Shown in pieces: positions 48,836 through 57,546 of a DNA stretch of 64,000 nt. The notes under the pieces are model-generated. The model was not told where the DNA came from, ran no database searches, and saw only the letters and a program-made list of their open reading frames with translations. This DNA is from a virus (Duplodnaviria > Caudoviricetes). Position 1 is the first letter of the stretch. Every line of letters begins with the position of its first letter. The stretch is taken from positions 1-64,000 of IMG/VR virus record IMGVR_UViG_3300048762_000252; one strand, 5' to 3'. Made by a program: the position numbers and the translations under genes.

Positions 48836-48871
48836 TAACTGCTTTATTTTCAATCACTTAGAATCAGAAAC

Positions 48872-48907
48872 AAAGAGGCTCCAATGAAAATTTGGAGCCT
48901 CTTTTTT
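48872..48907 (+). terminator. Rho-independent terminator after gp23
   Basis: AAAGAGGCTCCA / TGGAGCCTCTTTTTT. Confidence 0.9.
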
Positions 48908-48937
48908 GAGTGAGATTACACTTGTCTATATAGTTTT

Positions 48938-49804
48938 ATGAGTCAACAACAATTCTATGTTTACGTTTATTACGATCCAAGAAATAATCAGCCATTCTAT
49001 GTTGGTAAGGGTTGCGGACGCCGATGTTATGACCATCTTAAAGAGACGGAAGACAAGACAGATAACATCTTCAAGTGGCGAAAAATAAATTCCATTAGAA
49101 ATGATGGAAGCGAAGCAATTGTCAAAAAAGAAATAGAGAATCTTTCAGAAGAACATGCGTATGAACAAGAAGCCGTTCTCATACGTCAATATGGACGAGC
49201 AGGAATAGATCCAGGAGGCATTCTTACTAACAGATGTGAAGATCTGCGACCGCCATCAACAAAAGGTAAAAAATTTAGTGATGAGCACAAAGCCAAACTC
49301 AAAGCAGCATATTGGAAACGAGTGTCGCAACCAGGATATGTTCACCCATGTAAAGGGCAGATTGTTCAGCAACATGTAAGAGAAGCCGCTCGTCAAGCTA
49401 ATCTTGGAAAATCTAAAAACCGAAATTCTGTTGAAAAGATGCGCCAAAAGAAAATTCAATTGCTTTCCGATCCAACAAAACATCCTATGTTTGGACGCCA
49501 CCACACAGAAGAAGCAAAAAATAAGATTAGCGAAGCAAATACTGGTCATAAATTATCAGCAGAGCATATTGAAAAAATAAGACAATCTAATCTTGGAACT
49601 CATTGTAGCGAAGAAAGGAAGCAAGCAATAGCTAAAGCCTTAGCCGCAGAATGGAAAATTACTGATTCACAAGGAAATTCATTTACAATTGAAAATTTAA
49701 ATGCTTGGTGTAAACAAAAAGGACTTACATCTCAAAATTTCATAGCGGTGTCGAAAGGAAGATTACCTCACGCTTACGGTTTCAAGTGCGAGAAGATTTC
49801 ATAA
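48938..49804 (+). CDS. GIY-YIG homing endonuclease with NUMOD3 repeats
   Basis: FYVYVYYDP...FYVGKG...R, LTN, HTEEAKNKISEA. Confidence 0.88.
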   Translation: MSQQQFYVYVYYDPRNNQPFYVGKGCGRRCYDHLKETEDKTDNIFKWRKINSIRNDGSEAIVKKEIENLSEEHAYEQEAVLIRQYGRAGIDPGGILTNRCEDLRPPSTKGKKFSDEHKAKLKAAYWKRVSQPGYVHPCKGQIVQQHVREAARQANLGKSKNRNSVEKMRQKKIQLLSDPTKHPMFGRHHTEEAKNKISEANTGHKLSAEHIEKIRQSNLGTHCSEERKQAIAKALAAEWKITDSQGNSFTIENLNAWCKQKGLTSQNFIAVSKGRLPHAYGFKCEKIS

Positions 49805-49813
49805 ATACAAATA

Positions 49814-51766
49814 ATGCAAACCTTTTTCCAGTTCACTGAAGCCACGCATTGCGAATCACCATATAAAGAATGGGGAATTATACATCCTCACACTGGAGAA
49901 ATTACATCTGGCGACGATCATCCAACTGCTAATAGTCATCCAGATCTGATAAAAAAGTTGCATCCTCACCGAAAGGTTTCATTTTTTTCACCAGATACAA
50001 AAAAAGCAGATTACGCTCGATATGCCCTTGATGGTAGTCGTAGTCGAGCCGGGGCATTGTATCTTCAGACAAATGATAGGAACAAAAAAGGTGTACTACA
50101 AGCCTGGAAGAATTTGCCTGTGCATTCATCGGGCAAAGTAGTGTTGATACATAATCAAAACAATGGCAAAGAAATGTTTCATGATGATGCCAGAAAATTT
50201 CTAGCAAGATCTGAAAGCTTTTTGAAACCAAATTTTCTTCATTTAATAGAATCCGAAGCTGACGATTATAAAGGCTGGATGAGTCCTTCCGGTCATCCAC
50301 ATTACTTTGAATCTTGGAAGGAACACGCAGAAAATCACCATCCAGAATATTTAAAAGGTCATCCACGGCGTGTATCATCTAATCATTCTTGGGAATCATC
50401 TAATCATTCAGATAATTGGGACACAGCACAAATTACTGGTGCATTGAAACAAGGTTATGTTCGATTTGGGAAGTCAAAAGACAGCATACATGGGTTTCAT
50501 ACTTTTATTCATTATGATGCAAAGCATCCACAAGGACACAAGACTGCTCTTCACACTCTTGAACATTTGAAGTTAGGTCATAATGAACCTGTGGCAATTT
50601 CCGGTCATTGCGGAAGCATATTTTCATACAACGTCAATCAACAATTAGGAGATAGCGGAGTTTTGACATCTTCTCAAGCAGCTAGAGAGTTACACAGACG
50701 CATAAGAAAACTCAAAGAGTCTTATCTGGATGAAGGTTTCATAAATTTCGGTGACTTCAATTTAGAACAAAAATTCCATTACTACAATCAACTTTTATTC
50801 GGCAACAAGGTTCCGCCGTGTCCAATTGTATGGTCCGATCTGAAGGGAAAAGTCGGTCTCACCACCTTCATGCACAGAGGCAGAGAACTAGTTCCCGGTT
50901 CAATGAAAATTGAAATTTCCACTCGATTTAAACGAACAGAAGAAATGCTCAATTCAACACTCATCCATGAAATGATTCATGGTTACTTGGCTGTGAAAGG
51001 ATATCCAGATGAACAACATGGATTTCGTTTTAGAGCGGTGGCGTATCAATGTACACAGACAACTGGCATAACAATTGCCGTTACTGATTTGCTCACAGAT
51101 CTAGAATTAACGTCACCACATGATGTAGAGACCACAGTTTTATTTTGTCAAAGTACACGAGATAAACAATGGTTCGGTATTTTCTACAACGGCACAGCGT
51201 TTGATGATCCACGAAAGCAGAATGAATTGAAAGCATATTGGGGAAGAGCGGGAGTGCTTCCAAATAGTTTTGGTAATAATGAAATCTTGGTGATTAAAGT
51301 TCAAAGCAGCTTGATGACGAAATATAACACTACTCGTTCTATATCTCATCAAAAATGGTATGGTGTATCTGAATCTGAAGCACAAGACATACTCCAGCAT
51401 GGCAAGATTTTATTCAAAATCGTATCTGGGTCTGTATCGCATGAAGATGCTGCTAAGATGATGCCGTCGAAAATGACACTTGTGGTATTGCGAACTAACC
51501 CTCGCACAAACGAAACCGCAGTGTGTTTCTATATGCCAAATTTGGGACATGATATTTTCTCACTCAGAGCGATCAAAGAAAATTGGCAAAAATATTTTCA
51601 TCATGGATACAATGTAGAAATTTTCTTTGCCAATACAACAGTTTTCAATCGTGGATTCAAAATGCTCCGTGATCCAAATAAAGTTACCATATATGTACTG
51701 AAGCCGGATACAGTAGCAGAACTGCGGAGAACTGCTCAGTATCTAGAGCGGTGGGTACAACAATGA
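49814..51766 (+). CDS. Multi-module protein with SprT-like metalloprotease domain and CTS-like leader
   Basis: MQTFFQFTEA leader; YNQLLFG...LIHEMIH...HGFRF; CATAAATA 6 nt before ATG. Confidence 0.75.
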   Translation: MQTFFQFTEATHCESPYKEWGIIHPHTGEITSGDDHPTANSHPDLIKKLHPHRKVSFFSPDTKKADYARYALDGSRSRAGALYLQTNDRNKKGVLQAWKNLPVHSSGKVVLIHNQNNGKEMFHDDARKFLARSESFLKPNFLHLIESEADDYKGWMSPSGHPHYFESWKEHAENHHPEYLKGHPRRVSSNHSWESSNHSDNWDTAQITGALKQGYVRFGKSKDSIHGFHTFIHYDAKHPQGHKTALHTLEHLKLGHNEPVAISGHCGSIFSYNVNQQLGDSGVLTSSQAARELHRRIRKLKESYLDEGFINFGDFNLEQKFHYYNQLLFGNKVPPCPIVWSDLKGKVGLTTFMHRGRELVPGSMKIEISTRFKRTEEMLNSTLIHEMIHGYLAVKGYPDEQHGFRFRAVAYQCTQTTGITIAVTDLLTDLELTSPHDVETTVLFCQSTRDKQWFGIFYNGTAFDDPRKQNELKAYWGRAGVLPNSFGNNEILVIKVQSSLMTKYNTTRSISHQKWYGVSESEAQDILQHGKILFKIVSGSVSHEDAAKMMPSKMTLVVLRTNPRTNETAVCFYMPNLGHDIFSLRAIKENWQKYFHHGYNVEIFFANTTVFNRGFKMLRDPNKVTIYVLKPDTVAELRRTAQYLERWVQQ

Positions 51767-52747
51767 AACAACTACTTTGGAAAATATGCCCGTACAAAGA
51801 TCTAGTTTTCTTAGCTACGATCCTGATTTTTCTTCTTTGTAGGTAAGATCAGCAATGAAATAAGTAGTGCATGTGCGTTTCTGGATTTTCTTCACATGGG
51901 CAAGGGTGAGGTTGACCGCTATGAAATTGCTTGTCTTCTGAAAGCGTCCATTGGCTTGCAATGCCAGTAGGATATCTTTCATTCAACCGCTTTGTGATTT
52001 CTTCGAGCGTCAGTGATGAACATACGCTTGCGTTACAGATTCCTATGCTGTATGCTTCAAAGTCCTTCATTTCTTTCTCCTTATTACCTTTTCTTCGGTG
52101 TGTATCTTGCACGGATAATTTAAAATGCCACCCTGTTGCGTCAAGATGCATGTTTTATCAGATTGAATGCGACGAGCTTGATACATTTCCAACGCTTCAG
52201 CAAGTTGCGACTTTGTGATATGTGGAACATTGTTGCCAAACCAAAATTCAAACACATAGCTGTCTGGTGTAGTGCATCCAGATACACGATAACTTTTTTG
52301 TTCTGGTGATGTCCACCAACCATGGAATTGGATGAGTAGGTGGATGAATAGATTGATCTGCTATAAATGCACTCGTGCGTGCGCCTACGAAGACACCAAA
52401 GACCACCAAAAATGCGACAGCGAAAAAAGATAAGAGCTTCATACTAAACGCTATAGTGTAGATTGGCCATTCTCCATCTTCCGGCTGATACAATTTGCCC
52501 TGGCCGGGCAAATTTTCAGCCTTCAAAATGGCTAAAAACGGATGGGCGGGTCGATTGGTTTAAAAATCATTTAGCCACCTTTTCCACATGCCTCTATTTG
52601 CTCTTTAGAAGCCACGTAGCCTGCTTTGGCGAGTTCAGCGTGGATAGATGGCTCCAAAACTTTCATGCCAGCCAGGAGCCTTAAAACGCCAGATACAGCT
52701 ATGCTTTTCATACTTTCAGTTTAGCAAAGATATACTTTGGTGTCAAA

Positions 52748-53347
52748 TTAGGAAACGTAAGCGGTGATTTCGTAGTGATTCGATTCCATTTTGTGCCAAG
52801 AGACGGCCATGTAGAGACCATTGCCAATATCGCACGGCGGATGCAAACGGCCATCAGGATCATTGACTTGACCGACGACAGTACGATCTTCAAATTCATG
52901 CCAATTCAAACCGCACGAAGCGATGGCATCTTGGATCATACCGAAGGCGTGAGCCTTGCCGGGATGATAGGTCTTGTTGATCGGCATCAGTAAACCATTA
53001 AGCTTGTTTTTGGCTTTTCTCTTTGTGGATGCATCCATGGTTGTGGTGTATGGATCACGATAATCATCATGCTGGCTTGATACATAAGAGACGATTTCGT
53101 ATCGACCACTCTCCATGCGCTTCCAGGTCATCGTAAAGTAGATGTCCGCACTCACTTGGGCGTGCAACCGACCTTCGTCGCCATGTACGTGGTCACGTAC
53201 TTTGCTTGGGTCCAAGTCATGTCTTACCAGCACGCCGGTAATGTCATTAAGAGGCATTCCAATATGACGTTGAAGATTGACCGATTGAAGTTCCGTATTG
53301 ATCTTGGCGGTAAGAGCTTTGGTTTCGGCTGGTGAGAATTTTTTCAT
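52748..53347 (-). CDS. Two-domain tandem-repeat hypothetical protein, late expressed
   Basis: W.RMESGRYEIVSYVS / WHKMESNHYEITAYVS duplication; GATAAATA 5 nt before ATG. Confidence 0.75.
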   Translation of the reverse strand: MKKFSPAETKALTAKINTELQSVNLQRHIGMPLNDITGVLVRHDLDPSKVRDHVHGDEGRLHAQVSADIYFTMTWKRMESGRYEIVSYVSSQHDDYRDPYTTTMDASTKRKAKNKLNGLLMPINKTYHPGKAHAFGMIQDAIASCGLNWHEFEDRTVVGQVNDPDGRLHPPCDIGNGLYMAVSWHKMESNHYEITAYVS

Positions 53348-53595
53348 GAAAGTATTTATCTCTTGTGGCGGGTAATTCAAGCGGGAACGAAAACCCGGTT
53401 CCAGGATTTATCTGGACACCACACCCGCCACAAAACCTTTAACCGATTGCCCAACTTGGTCTGGTACCGTCTTGAGCAGCAAAAAGAGCTTCAGTGCGTT
53501 CCTTATACGTGGGCGCTTTGCCGGTTAGACGTTCGTACAGTCGAAGCCAGCCCTGGTATTTTTCTGCCACTCTGCCTTGAAGTTGGATAATCATG

Positions 53596-53968
53596 TTATT
53601 TTTCCGAATCTGCGTAATGCCACCCATCAACTCCAGCAACCATTGCCTTTGCCAGAAGCGATGCGCCGACACGAACTGTCGAACCAACGAAGAGAGATCT
53701 CCGTGGTGTGCCCACAATCTTGGTGATTTTCACCGTCGCCGTCGTGCGGTTGATCTTGATTACCAGCGCTTCGTATTGGACGGAATCGTAGGTGAACTTC
53801 ACCGGATCACCAGCCATGATTGCCGAAAGTGTGACCGCAGCGGCAGCTTGCCGTGTGCTGGTGGAAAGTGGCAAAGATGGATTGTATGTATTCAACGCAT
53901 TCAGTATGGCTGTGCGCTCGATAGTCGATGCCGTGGCGCAAAACGTGAGAACATCTGTGAGCGTCATT
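53596..53968 (-). CDS. Hypothetical protein (possible SH3-like beta domain)
   Basis: AGGGG RBS before MTLTDVL; GDPVKF...VIKINRTTATV. Confidence 0.6.
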
Positions 53969-54311
53969 TCAGCCCCTTGAGTTTGGCAACAACATCTTCT
54001 GGCAGATTGTACTTTATCACACTTCTCATCCAATCTCGATGCCCATCCCATGTCTGTGTCATATTTTCAATCCTTCAATCCAGTACCAGTTCTTCACGAA
54101 AATGCCAGATAGCGGTGGCCGCAGCGAAGTCCAGATGATGCCATTGGCGTATGCAACGGGTGGCTTCCACAGCGTTTAATACTGGACCGTTGTAGAAAGT
54201 TTCTCCATCCCAGGACATTTCCATTTGTCCGTTCGCAACTACGACTTGAAGTTTCGTTCCATTCATGACTTAAGAATAACATAATCTCGACTAGAATGTC
54301 AATAGGTACAT

Positions 54312-54593
54312 CTAATGAATTTCCATGCGGCGTTCCATTTCGATGTATCGTTTGTAATCTTCCGGCGACACTCGTTCTTTGCCTGTACCGTTGCACGCTC
54401 CACACTTCGGTTGGCGACCATGACGATCCGTATTGTCGTATAAGCCACCGCCGCCGCAAGCGAAGCAAGGAATGGACTTCCAGCCTTCAACGAATCGCTT
54501 GTAATAGGCAGTGCGGGCGGCTTTGCGGGATTTATAATCGTCAGCGGCCAGCACAGCCATACGCAGTCGAGACTCTTCTTGATAATCGTTCAT
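54312..54593 (-). CDS. DnaJ-type Zn-finger small protein, leaderless
   Basis: CFACGGGG...CGACNGTG; TTGACT-17-TATGCT 6 nt before ATG. Confidence 0.7.
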   Translation of the reverse strand: MNDYQEESRLRMAVLAADDYKSRKAARTAYYKRFVEGWKSIPCFACGGGGLYDNTDRHGRQPKCGACNGTGKERVSPEDYKRYIEMERRMEIH

Positions 54594-54642
54594 GATTTGA
54601 GCATATCACAAACAGAGCCGAAAGTCAAGAAAGATGTATCAA

Positions 54643-54921
54643 TTATTTTGGTCCGAAAACTCGTCCCAATTCCAAGTTCCATGCTTCTTTAAATTCGGGG
54701 GTTTTGTACAGATCGGTTAAAGCGGTTCGTTCAGGACGTGGCAATACCAAAATCCAATCGGCTGGAAATTTGTCACCATCCACGAATTTCCCGTGCGCCG
54801 GGTCATGCTCTTCTTGAATCCGGCCACATATAGCGCAGCCTTCGCCTGTGTACGTGCGATGCAATGTGTATGGATGATTGTCGATCTTTCGGTACTCTTC
54901 ATCCGTGAGCTTCATCTTCAT
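54643..54921 (-). CDS. Hypothetical protein
   Basis: TTGACA-17-TACAAT promoter; hairpin in leader. Confidence 0.65.
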   Translation of the reverse strand: MKMKLTDEEYRKIDNHPYTLHRTYTGEGCAICGRIQEEHDPAHGKFVDGDKFPADWILVLPRPERTALTDLYKTPEFKEAWNLELGRVFGPK

Positions 54922-55013
54922 ATGGGGCGGCTGGTTCCGCTAACCCAACCGCCCTTTTGCCTTTTTGATTTTATTGTAGCATGAAAGCATTACGGTGTCA
55001 ATAGATGTAGAAA

Positions 55014-55090
55014 TGGAGGGCCTGAAGAGACTTGAACTCTCATTGTCCATTTACGGTATTTCGTTTAGGAAACGAAGCCGGTACAGGCCC
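55014..55090 (-). tRNA. Atypical tRNA-Arg(CCU), no canonical D-arm
   Basis: GGGCCTG/CAGGCCC acceptor + TCCA; TTCGT-TTCCTAA-ACGAA anticodon arm; GAGAG-TTCAAGT-CTCTT T-arm. Confidence 0.8.
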
Positions 55091-55567
55091 CTTCAATACC
55101 CCTGCATGTACTGCACCATGACAATTGTGACAGAGAAGTACGCAACTGTGTAGTTCCTGCTTTATACGCAGCTTCGACCAACCTCGCATGTGCGTAAAAT
55201 TAGGATCTTTCTGAGCGGGATCTGTATGATGAACGGCTAAGGAACACTGAAATTTTTTGTACCCGCAGATACGGCATTTTCCACCTAGAAAGTCTCGTGC
55301 AAATTGTTTTCGCCCTTCACATCGTGTCTTGTTGTAAGTAGCGTGACAAACCATGCACATTGAACGCATCTTGCCATAAAAGCAAGAAGGGTTTTCTTCT
55401 TCACATTGAACACAGAAAAAAGCAGAGACATAGCCGATGGGTCTGGTCCGGTGCAAACCGAAGGGAGAGCATTTAAGGCAATAACGACGTGCGCTAAGAT
55501 TCCTTTTCTTACCAAACACAAATACAAAATTGGGAAAGCAACTTCCACAGTTGTCACAGATCGGCAT
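55040..55567 (-). CDS. HNH endonuclease (tRNA-associated family)
   Basis: GGKCRICGY...LAVHHTDP...CVLLCHNCHGAVH. Confidence 0.85.
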   Translation of the reverse strand: MPICDNCGSCFPNFVFVFGKKRNLSARRYCLKCSPFGLHRTRPIGYVSAFFCVQCEEENPSCFYGKMRSMCMVCHATYNKTRCEGRKQFARDFLGGKCRICGYKKFQCSLAVHHTDPAQKDPNFTHMRGWSKLRIKQELHSCVLLCHNCHGAVHAGVLKGPVPASFPKRNTVNGQ

Positions 55568-55586
55568 AGTTCACTCTTCGTAAAAT

Positions 55587-55665
55587 TGGTATCCCTGACT
55601 GGACTCGAACCAGCATTGATCCATTTACTCGGCTACGCATTAGAAGTGCGTTGAGATACAGGGAC
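55587..55665 (-). tRNA. Atypical tRNA-Arg(UCU), no canonical D-arm
   Basis: GTCCCTG/CAGGGAT + ACCA; ACGCA-CTTCTAA-TGCGT; GCTGG-TTCGAGT-CCAGT. Confidence 0.8.
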
Positions 55666-55671
55666 ATAACT

Positions 55672-55746
55672 TGGTAGACCCGGCAGAATTCGAATCTGCA
55701 TTTTAGCGTTCGGGGCGCTATATCCTTTCCGTTGGATGACGGGTCC
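55672..55746 (-). tRNA. tRNA-Arg(CCG)
   Basis: Full cloverleaf, loop CCCCGAA, encoded CCA. Confidence 0.88.
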
Positions 55747-55752
55747 AAAACT

Positions 55753-55857
55753 TGGTGGAGTGAACGGGAATCGAACCCGCCATCTCTGGCCGAGAATGCC
55801 ACTTTCGCTCGGTGCCAACCGATCCCAACCGCCGATGGCTGGACACGTTTTCACCCC
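55753..55857 (-). ncRNA. tRNA-like RNA with alanine acceptor identity (G3:U70, A73)
   Basis: GGGGTGA/TCACTCC + ACCA; GCGGG-TTCGATT-CCCGT T-arm; non-canonical central region. Confidence 0.7.
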
Positions 55858-55863
55858 AAAACT

Positions 55864-55939
55864 TGGTGGACCGGGTGGGAATCGAACCCACAACTTCTTG
55901 ATTAAGAATCAAGTACTCTGCCAATTGAGTTACCAGTCC
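55864..55939 (-). tRNA. tRNA-Lys(CUU)
   Basis: Canonical cloverleaf, CTTGA-TTCTTAA-TCAAG, CCA. Confidence 0.95.
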
Positions 55940-56240
55940 AAAACTTGTTTGCCTTCTACATTTGCCGTAACATTCCAATCCGGCAAACCATTATTCACAC
56001 CAGCTTGTTTAGCTTTGTGCTTCATCTGGAGCGATACTTCGCTCATTTTCAGCACTGGCTTCACTTGCGGTTCTCTTGCAACTGCTCTACAATCTTCTTC
56101 CAGGCATACGTTGATGTACCCTGGATGGTTTCGGGCGGGAGTAAATTCCTCGCCGCAAATTCTACAAATCATTTTCTTTTCCTTCTGCCGCTCCCGGCTA
56201 AATTCACGGTCACTCAACAGCGACAGCGAAAAACTAAACT

Positions 56241-56314
56241 TGGTAGCCATCCACAGAGTTGAACTGCGATTCTCTGCATGTCATACAGGCGTCCTACCAT
56301 TGGACGAGACGGCC
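56241..56314 (-). tRNA. tRNA-Val(GAC)
   Basis: Cloverleaf with loop ATGACAT, CCA. Confidence 0.8.
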
Positions 56315-56359
56315 ACTTTAAACTCAAACCTACAAAATGCACTAATCATAAATATATTT

Positions 56360-57085
56360 ATGACTTTACTAAAAGAACAAATTCTAAACTTGAGATCAAA
56401 AGGTTATTCATACAACCGCATTCAAAAACAACTTAAATGTTCTAAAGGAACAATATCCTTTCATTGTGGGAAAGGACAAAGAGATAAAACAAATATTCGT
56501 TGTCAAATAAATCGAAAAAAGAATCCCACATTTACATGTACTCATTGCGGGATTGCCTTTCATCGAAAAAAGAGAAGCTCTATTTTTCCAAACAATCCTT
56601 TTTGCTCAGTTGATTGTTTTCGTAATCATCAACAATCTAAATGGAAATGTAAAAAGTGCAATGTTCAAATCAATAAAAGACGATCATATTGCAATCAATG
56701 TCGGAAAAAATACATACGACCACGAGTTGTATCACCATACACATCAACGAAAAGGCACCGTCAACGCATCAAAGAACGGGCCGTAGAATATAAAGGCGGC
56801 AGTTGCGTCGTTTGCGGATATAATCGTTGTCTTCGATCTCTTGAATTTCATCATATAGATCCTAACCAAAAAGATTTCACTATTTCACAAGGTTCTCATC
56901 GATCTTGGAACGATATAATTTCTGAATTAGATAAGTGTATTCTTATCTGCTCCAATTGTCATTGTGAAGTTCATGATGGTATGATTTCAATAGATGATTT
57001 GGTAGTCCCGGCTGGATTTGAACCAGCGACCTCCGGTTTCGTAGACCGGCATTCTGAATCCGCTGAACTACGGGACCACATTTAA
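56360..57085 (+). CDS. HNH endonuclease (tRNA-associated family) with HTH and Zn fingers
   Basis: GGSCVVCGYNRCLRSLEFHHIDP...KCILICSNCHCEVH; CATAAATA 5 nt before ATG. Confidence 0.88.
   Translation: MTLLKEQILNLRSKGYSYNRIQKQLKCSKGTISFHCGKGQRDKTNIRCQINRKKNPTFTCTHCGIAFHRKKRSSIFPNNPFCSVDCFRNHQQSKWKCKKCNVQINKRRSYCNQCRKKYIRPRVVSPYTSTKRHRQRIKERAVEYKGGSCVVCGYNRCLRSLEFHHIDPNQKDFTISQGSHRSWNDIISELDKCILICSNCHCEVHDGMISIDDLVVPAGFEPATSGFVDRHSESAELRDHI
57000..57077 (-). tRNA. tRNA-Arg(ACG)
   Basis: Canonical cloverleaf, CCGGT-CTACGAA-ACCGG, CCA. Confidence 0.95.
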
Positions 57086-57103
57086 AATAAATTTTCAAAG
57101 AAC

Positions 57104-57179
57104 TGGTTGGCGTGGATGAATTTGCATCATCACTCTCCATCTTATCAGGATGGCGCTTCACTATTTAAGCCACACGCCA
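57104..57179 (-). tRNA. tRNA-Ile(GAU)
   Basis: CCATC-CTGATAA-GATGG; T-loop TGCAAAT; CCA. Confidence 0.88.
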
Positions 57180-57217
57180 GTAAAACTTTTCTCAATTAAT
57201 TTTTGTGCTGAAATTTT

Positions 57218-57293
57218 TGGTGGGTCTGACGGGCAACGATCCCGCAACTTCTTGGTTAAAGGCCAAGTACTCTGCCAATTGAGTTACAGACCC
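57218..57293 (-). tRNA. tRNA-Lys(UUU)
   Basis: CTTGG-CCTTTAA-CCAAG; T-loop ATCGTTG; CCA. Confidence 0.88.
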
Positions 57294-57546
57294 AAGAATT
57301 GAATCTGCGATAGCAGCCAGCCACACACACAGCACAACGAATGCAATAGCGGGCGCTATCGCTTTCGTTTACTAATGCTCCTGACTCTAATTCGTGTGCG
57401 TGTCATAGTCTTTGCCTTGCCTTTTCGTATTTATACGCCGTGAGAGGGCAGACTACCCCACGGCACTACTTAATGCGCCCTACCAAGGTTTCGGTGACCT
57501 TGATTCATCAGCGGTGAACTGTTGCGTTTCACCAGCTTCATTTACT

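Noticed and set aside
55753-55857. Complete tmRNA gene
   Set aside because: Only 105 nt with no tag reading frame or pseudoknot region; kept as a tRNA-like RNA
55736-56359. N-terminal 208 aa of the 449-aa ORF
   Set aside because: Antisense to tRNA genes; the real start is ATG 56360 after a late promoter
57480-57520. Hammerhead ribozyme (CTGATGA...GAAA on minus strand)
   Set aside because: No stem II between the motifs; GAAA falls in an ordinary hairpin and stems I/III are not evident
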